Shown one piece after another: positions 59,583-64,000 of a stretch of 64,000 nt of DNA (positions are counted from its first letter, which is position 1; every line of letters starts with the position of its first letter). The notes beneath the pieces were generated by a model. It had not been told where the DNA came from. It searched no databases and saw only the letters and a program-made list of their open reading frames with translations. The position numbers were made by a program, and so were the translations under genes. This DNA comes from Gammaproteobacteria bacterium (GTDB lineage: Bacteria > Pseudomonadota > Gammaproteobacteria > SZUA-152). The stretch is from positions 18,210-82,209 of the forward strand of contig JAKIUN010000004.1 of NCBI GenBank assembly GCA_021647505.1. Direction: 5' to 3'.

Positions 59583-62500
59583 TTATCTCCTGTTTCCGGC
59601 ACCAGGGGTTCCGGGTTGGCAATAAAGTAGCCCTGAGCGTAGTCGACACCAATTTCATCCAGTGCCTCCAGCACACCCAGGCGGGTGACAAACTCGGCGA
59701 CAGTCTGGATGCCCATCAGGTGGCCGATTTCGTTGATGGCCACCACCATGGCCCGGTCGACGGGATTGCGATCCATGTCCTTGACGAAGCTGCCATCTAT
59801 TTTCAGATAGTCCACGGGCAGGTTCTTGAGGTAACTGAAGGAACTCAGGCCGCTGCCGAAGTCGTCCAGGGCGAAGTGGCAACCCATGCGTTTGAGTTCA
59901 CTGATCAGGCCCACGGCACGGCTCAGGTTAGTGATAGCGGTGGTCTCGGTCACTTCGAAACACAACCACGCCGGCGGCACACCGCTGGCCAGCACTGCGG
60001 TGGTGACAAAGGCCGGGAAGTCCTCATCACACAGGGACTGACCGGACAGGTTGATGGACAGATTCATCACTCCACCCTGCGCTCGCAGGGCACGCAGGAA
60101 GGCCAGCACCTGTCTCACCACCCAGCGATCAATCTGCGGCATCAGGTGGTAGCGCTCTGCGGCAGGCAGAAAGCTGCTGGGCGCAACCACTCCCCCCCCC
60201 TCGGTACGCAAGCGCAGCAGAATCTCGCTGTGTGGCGTATCATCCCCTGCCGGGGGGATCCCCTTCATGGGCCGGATGGCCTGCTGATACAGTACGAAGT
60301 CGTCGTTTTCCAGGGCCTGGCGGATGATTTGCAGCCACTGCATCTCGCCCTTCTGATGCAACAGGATCAGATTGTCCGGTTCGAAGACGTGCAACCGGTT
60401 GCGGCCCTGATCTTTGGCCATGTAGCAGGCGGAATCGGCGGCGTTGAGGACGTCGGTGATACTGCCACTCTGCGCACTGATGGGCGCCAGGCCAATACTG
60501 ACCCCCACATCGAAGGCCTTATCGGCCCAGACGAAACGGAACTCGGACACCATCTGTAATAGCGTATTCACCACCGCGCGCGCCTGTGCCAGGTGGCAAC
60601 TCTCCAGCAACAGGCCAAACTCGTCACCACCCAAACGGGCAAGGGTATCGGCCTCGCGGATTGAAGCCCGCATACGCGTGGCCAGTTGCTTCAGCAGCTC
60701 ATCACCAGCCACATGGCCACAGGTATCATTGACCACCTTGAAGCGATCCAGATCCATGTAGCACAGAACATGCTCGATATTCTCATGCCGGGCGCTCTCC
60801 AACGCCAGTTCCAGGCGTGCTTCGAACTCATGCCGGTTGAGCAAGCCGGTAAGGGAATCATGGCTGGCCTGATAAGACAGGCGATGGCTGAGTGAGGTCA
60901 GTTCGGTGGTGTCATGAAATACCAGCACCACGCCCAGGGCCTGCTGATCCGCGCCCCGGATCGCCGAGACACGCACCTCCACCGCGAACTCCCTGTCGCC
61001 TTCGCGGCTCAGCAGATCCAGCGGGCCAGGCAAGGAAAAGCTGTCGCCCGAAGCCAGACAACGCGCCACTGGATCCGCCACGGGCCGATCACTGCCTTCA
61101 TTAATCAAGCGCAACACGGTTGCCAGCGGCTGCCCCATGGCTTCCTCACGGATCCAGCCAGTGAGTTTTTCGGCCACGCCATTGAGGTAGTCCACCCGTC
61201 CTTCGGTATCCGTCGTCACCACACCATCGGCAATGGACTGCAGCGTCGCACGGGCAAACTCGTCGGCCTTGTGAAACTGGGCCTCGGCCTCGCGGCGGCG
61301 CGCTTGCAGCTGTAGGGTATGCACCACACTGGCCGCCTCCCGCGCCAGCACATCAATCAGCGCACAGTCCTCTGTGCTGTAGTGACGCCCCGGTCGCTGA
61401 TCGGCACTCATGAGGATGCCGATGACCTTATCCTCGACACGCAGGGGGGCGGCGATGGCCGCACAGATATTGAACTTCGCAACCATATCCGGACTAACTC
61501 GCGGATCGCTGTGCACATCGTCGATGGCTACCAGCCTTCCCTGGCGAAAGACGAAAACGGCCAGTGAGGTGGCATCCAGCGGAATCCGATGGTGCCCCTG
61601 TGATCGATAGGGAACACCGGTCTGCGCCACCCCGACCAACTCCTGCGCTGCTTCATCGAACAGCAGCAGAAAGGCGATATCGGCACGCAAGGCCTCCTGG
61701 CAGAGCGCCACCACCTGTTCAAAAGCCTTTCCCGACGCGGATTCCACATCCCGATCCGCCAGAATCAGGCTGCCCACTTGCAGCGCCTTGCCGTGAAAGT
61801 GCAGCCGTTCCAGCAAATCCTGATAACGCCCGGCCAGCACGCCCAGTTCGTCGGTGGATGACGGTCGGATCGAGGGACGTCGGTCGAGTAGGGCTGGCGC
61901 ATTTTCCACCACCGCCTCCAGTGGCTGCAGCGACTGCCCCAGGCTGCGGGCAAATATCAGCGCACCCAACACCGCCAGCAGCTGCAACAGGCCCCAGACA
62001 AACAGCGTCTCCATACTGAAATAGCCCGTACGCGTCCAGTAGTACTGCACCAGCAGGGTCTCCATCAGCAACGGCATCAGCGCCCCCACCATGAACACCT
62101 TGGTACGAATAGAAAATACCGGACGCGGCTGGCGCAGGCCACTCAGGGCACGGCCAAACAGATCAAAGATGGCAAAGAAGACCGGCAGACCAACGATGAT
62201 GGAAACGATCAGCGCCACCAAGTGAATGCGCAACCAGTCTCCGGACGTGGCCACGAACTGCGTGGCCATCTCGGCGCTGATGATAACCGAGGCCGGAGCC
62301 AACAGCAGATAAAACAGAAACACCCCCCAGAAGTGACGGGGAAAGGCCCGCACCCGGGCCAGCGCGGCGGCGGCGGCCGGCTCGCCGGGCTGTATCAGCC
62401 AATCTGCCACTGGGCGCACAAAGCGGCTGAAATACCACTGCGAAAGCAGCAGCCAGCCCAATACGAAACCCAGCTCCAGTGGCGTGACCAGCAGTTGCAG

Positions 62501-62602
62501 GATCTGCGGCGGCGAAAACATGCCGATGAGCAGCAGAAAAGACATGCCGAACAGCGGTGGAATCAGCCATGCCAGCAGGATCAGCAGACGGAAACGCCGC
62601 AT
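59579..62602 (-). CDS. Membrane GAF-PAS-GGDEF-EAL c-di-GMP protein
   Basis: About six TM helices, HAMP-like DELGVL, GAF, PAS (IADGVVTTD), ARLGGDEF, EIL...DDFGSG..KIDGSF..VAE..QGY. Confidence 0.92.
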   Translation of the reverse strand: MRRFRLLILLAWLIPPLFGMSFLLLIGMFSPPQILQLLVTPLELGFVLGWLLLSQWYFSRFVRPVADWLIQPGEPAAAAALARVRAFPRHFWGVFLFYLLLAPASVIISAEMATQFVATSGDWLRIHLVALIVSIIVGLPVFFAIFDLFGRALSGLRQPRPVFSIRTKVFMVGALMPLLMETLLVQYYWTRTGYFSMETLFVWGLLQLLAVLGALIFARSLGQSLQPLEAVVENAPALLDRRPSIRPSSTDELGVLAGRYQDLLERLHFHGKALQVGSLILADRDVESASGKAFEQVVALCQEALRADIAFLLLFDEAAQELVGVAQTGVPYRSQGHHRIPLDATSLAVFVFRQGRLVAIDDVHSDPRVSPDMVAKFNICAAIAAPLRVEDKVIGILMSADQRPGRHYSTEDCALIDVLAREAASVVHTLQLQARRREAEAQFHKADEFARATLQSIADGVVTTDTEGRVDYLNGVAEKLTGWIREEAMGQPLATVLRLINEGSDRPVADPVARCLASGDSFSLPGPLDLLSREGDREFAVEVRVSAIRGADQQALGVVLVFHDTTELTSLSHRLSYQASHDSLTGLLNRHEFEARLELALESARHENIEHVLCYMDLDRFKVVNDTCGHVAGDELLKQLATRMRASIREADTLARLGGDEFGLLLESCHLAQARAVVNTLLQMVSEFRFVWADKAFDVGVSIGLAPISAQSGSITDVLNAADSACYMAKDQGRNRLHVFEPDNLILLHQKGEMQWLQIIRQALENDDFVLYQQAIRPMKGIPPAGDDTPHSEILLRLRTEGGGVVAPSSFLPAAERYHLMPQIDRWVVRQVLAFLRALRAQGGVMNLSINLSGQSLCDEDFPAFVTTAVLASGVPPAWLCFEVTETTAITNLSRAVGLISELKRMGCHFALDDFGSGLSSFSYLKNLPVDYLKIDGSFVKDMDRNPVDRAMVVAINEIGHLMGIQTVAEFVTRLGVLEALDEIGVDYAQGYFIANPEPLVPETGDK

Positions 62603-62642
62603 GAAATCGGCGCCGGAAAGAGGACACGCCGCAGACACCCGC

Positions 62643-64000
62643 TCAGCGCACCCAAATCGTCTTGGCGTTGACGAACTCACGGATACCGTGCAACGACAGC
62701 TCGCGTCCATAGCCCGAGGCCTTGACGCCGCCAAAGGGCAGGCGCGGGTCGCTCTTGACCATGCCGTTGACGAAGGCCACACCGGACTGCAGACGGCGCG
62801 CAAACCGCTCACCACGCGCCGTGTCTGCGCTCCACACGCTGCCACCGAGACCGAAACGCGAGCCGTTCGCCACCGCCAGCGCCTCGGCCTCATCGGCGAC
62901 ACGGATCACCGCCGCCACCGGGCCGAACAGCTCCTCATCGAAGGCCGGCATACCCGCCGTCACACGATCAAGGATGGTGGCCTGATACCACCAGCCGGGG
63001 CCCTCCACGGGCGCACCGCCGGTTACCAGCTGTGCACCGGCGGCGATGCTATCGAGCACTTGCCGGTGCAGCTCGTCGCGCAGGTCGAGCCGCGCCATGG
63101 GCGCAAAGGTCGTGGCCTCATCACGTGGATCACCAGAACGCAACACCTCCACCGCCGCGCGGAAACGCGTCACGAACACATCGGCAATAGCATCCACGAC
63201 GATAAAACGCTTGGCGGCGATACAGCTCTGGCCGCTGTTAATGAAACGCGAACTCAGCGCCTGTGGCACTGTGAGGTCGAGATCGGCGTCCTCCAGCACC
63301 ACAAAGGCATCGGAGCCGCCCAACTCCAGCACACTTTTTTTCAGATGCTCGCCCGCACACGCCGCCACCTGGCGCCCGGCCGACTCACTGCCAGTGAGAG
63401 TCACGGCATGCACGCGTGGATCGCGGATCACCTCCGCCACCTGGCGGGCATCAATCATTAAGGTGCGGAACACGTTGTCGGCAAAGCCTGCCTCGCGGAT
63501 CACGGACTCGATGGCGAGCGCGCACTGGGGTACATTGGAGGCATGCTTGAGCAAACCACTATTGCCCGCCATCAGCGCCGGAATCGCAAAGCGAAACACC
63601 TGCCAGAGGGGAAAATTCCAGGGCATCACCGCCAATACCGTGCCCAACGGCTGATAGGCGACGTAACTCTTACCGGCGTCGCTGGTGATGGGTTCGTCGG
63701 CGAGAAAGCGTGGCGCGTGTTCGGCGTAGTAGTCGCAGCCCAAGGCGCATTTCTCCACCTCGGCGCGGGCCTCGCCGGTCAGCTTGCCCATCTCCAGGGT
63801 CATCAGCGCCGCCAGCTCGTCACGGCGGCCGCGCAGTATTTCACCCAACCGGCGCATCAGGGCGCTGCGCCCGGCCATCGCCGTCGCCGACCAGGCCGGG
63901 TGTGCAGCGTCCACGGCAGCCAACGCCGCGTCGAGCTGCTCCGCATCCCAACTGGCAAACTGTTCTCCCGCCTCGCCGGTGGCGGGGTTGATACTCCGAT
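62643..64000 (-). CDS. NAD(P)-dependent succinate-semialdehyde dehydrogenase (start just beyond the window)
   Basis: SINPATGE at the edge, MPWNFP, LELGGSD, NSGQSCIAAKR, EELFGPV, PFGGVKASGYGRE. Confidence 0.93.
   Translation of the reverse strand, partial: RSINPATGEAGEQFASWDAEQLDAALAAVDAAHPAWSATAMAGRSALMRRLGEILRGRRDELAALMTLEMGKLTGEARAEVEKCALGCDYYAEHAPRFLADEPITSDAGKSYVAYQPLGTVLAVMPWNFPLWQVFRFAIPALMAGNSGLLKHASNVPQCALAIESVIREAGFADNVFRTLMIDARQVAEVIRDPRVHAVTLTGSESAGRQVAACAGEHLKKSVLELGGSDAFVVLEDADLDLTVPQALSSRFINSGQSCIAAKRFIVVDAIADVFVTRFRAAVEVLRSGDPRDEATTFAPMARLDLRDELHRQVLDSIAAGAQLVTGGAPVEGPGWWYQATILDRVTAGMPAFDEELFGPVAAVIRVADEAEALAVANGSRFGLGGSVWSADTARGERFARRLQSGVAFVNGMVKSDPRLPFGGVKASGYGRELSLHGIREFVNAKTIWVR

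Overview
This 64-kb window looks like chromosomal DNA from a moderately GC-rich gammaproteobacterium. The gene content (SoxW-like thioredoxin, multi-c4 cytochrome, fimS/algR, fdxA-mutS) suggests a Chromatiales/Sedimenticola-like sulfur oxidiser or symbiont; this is inference. The housekeeping backbone is rplS 3' end, ogt, xerD, yajQ, dsbC, fdxA, mutS, gldG-like/DUF4340/mutM, csp, TRAP dctQM, serB, a four-lipoprotein LPP20/LpoB/COG3014 operon, hldE, argH, fimS-algR, a GGDEF-EAL gene and an SSA dehydrogenase. Accessory DNA falls into five blocks: (i) mobile debris at 8.6-12.4 kb (ParE and VapC fragments, a group II intron cut after YADD by an ISAzo13, RAYT fragments delimited by GGGGTCAGGTCTTG motifs); (ii) a dead amidase plus a lipoprotein and a half T6SS (tagH-tssJKLM-tagF-pppA); (iii) a membrane monoheme plus hexaheme c4-type lipoprotein pair; (iv) a large Ig-repeat lipoprotein; (v) an Ig/glycosidase-like trio. 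Signals not in the ORF track: an RsmZ/CsrB-like sRNA with a GacA-type box next to fdxA, three IS4-ended MITEs carrying a REP doublet, three ERIC-like MITEs with different ends, two pseudogenes apparently made by internal deletion, and a GC-skew inversion near 33.9-34.0 kb. No rRNA, tRNA or CRISPR array was seen. All calls are by eye; no searches were run.
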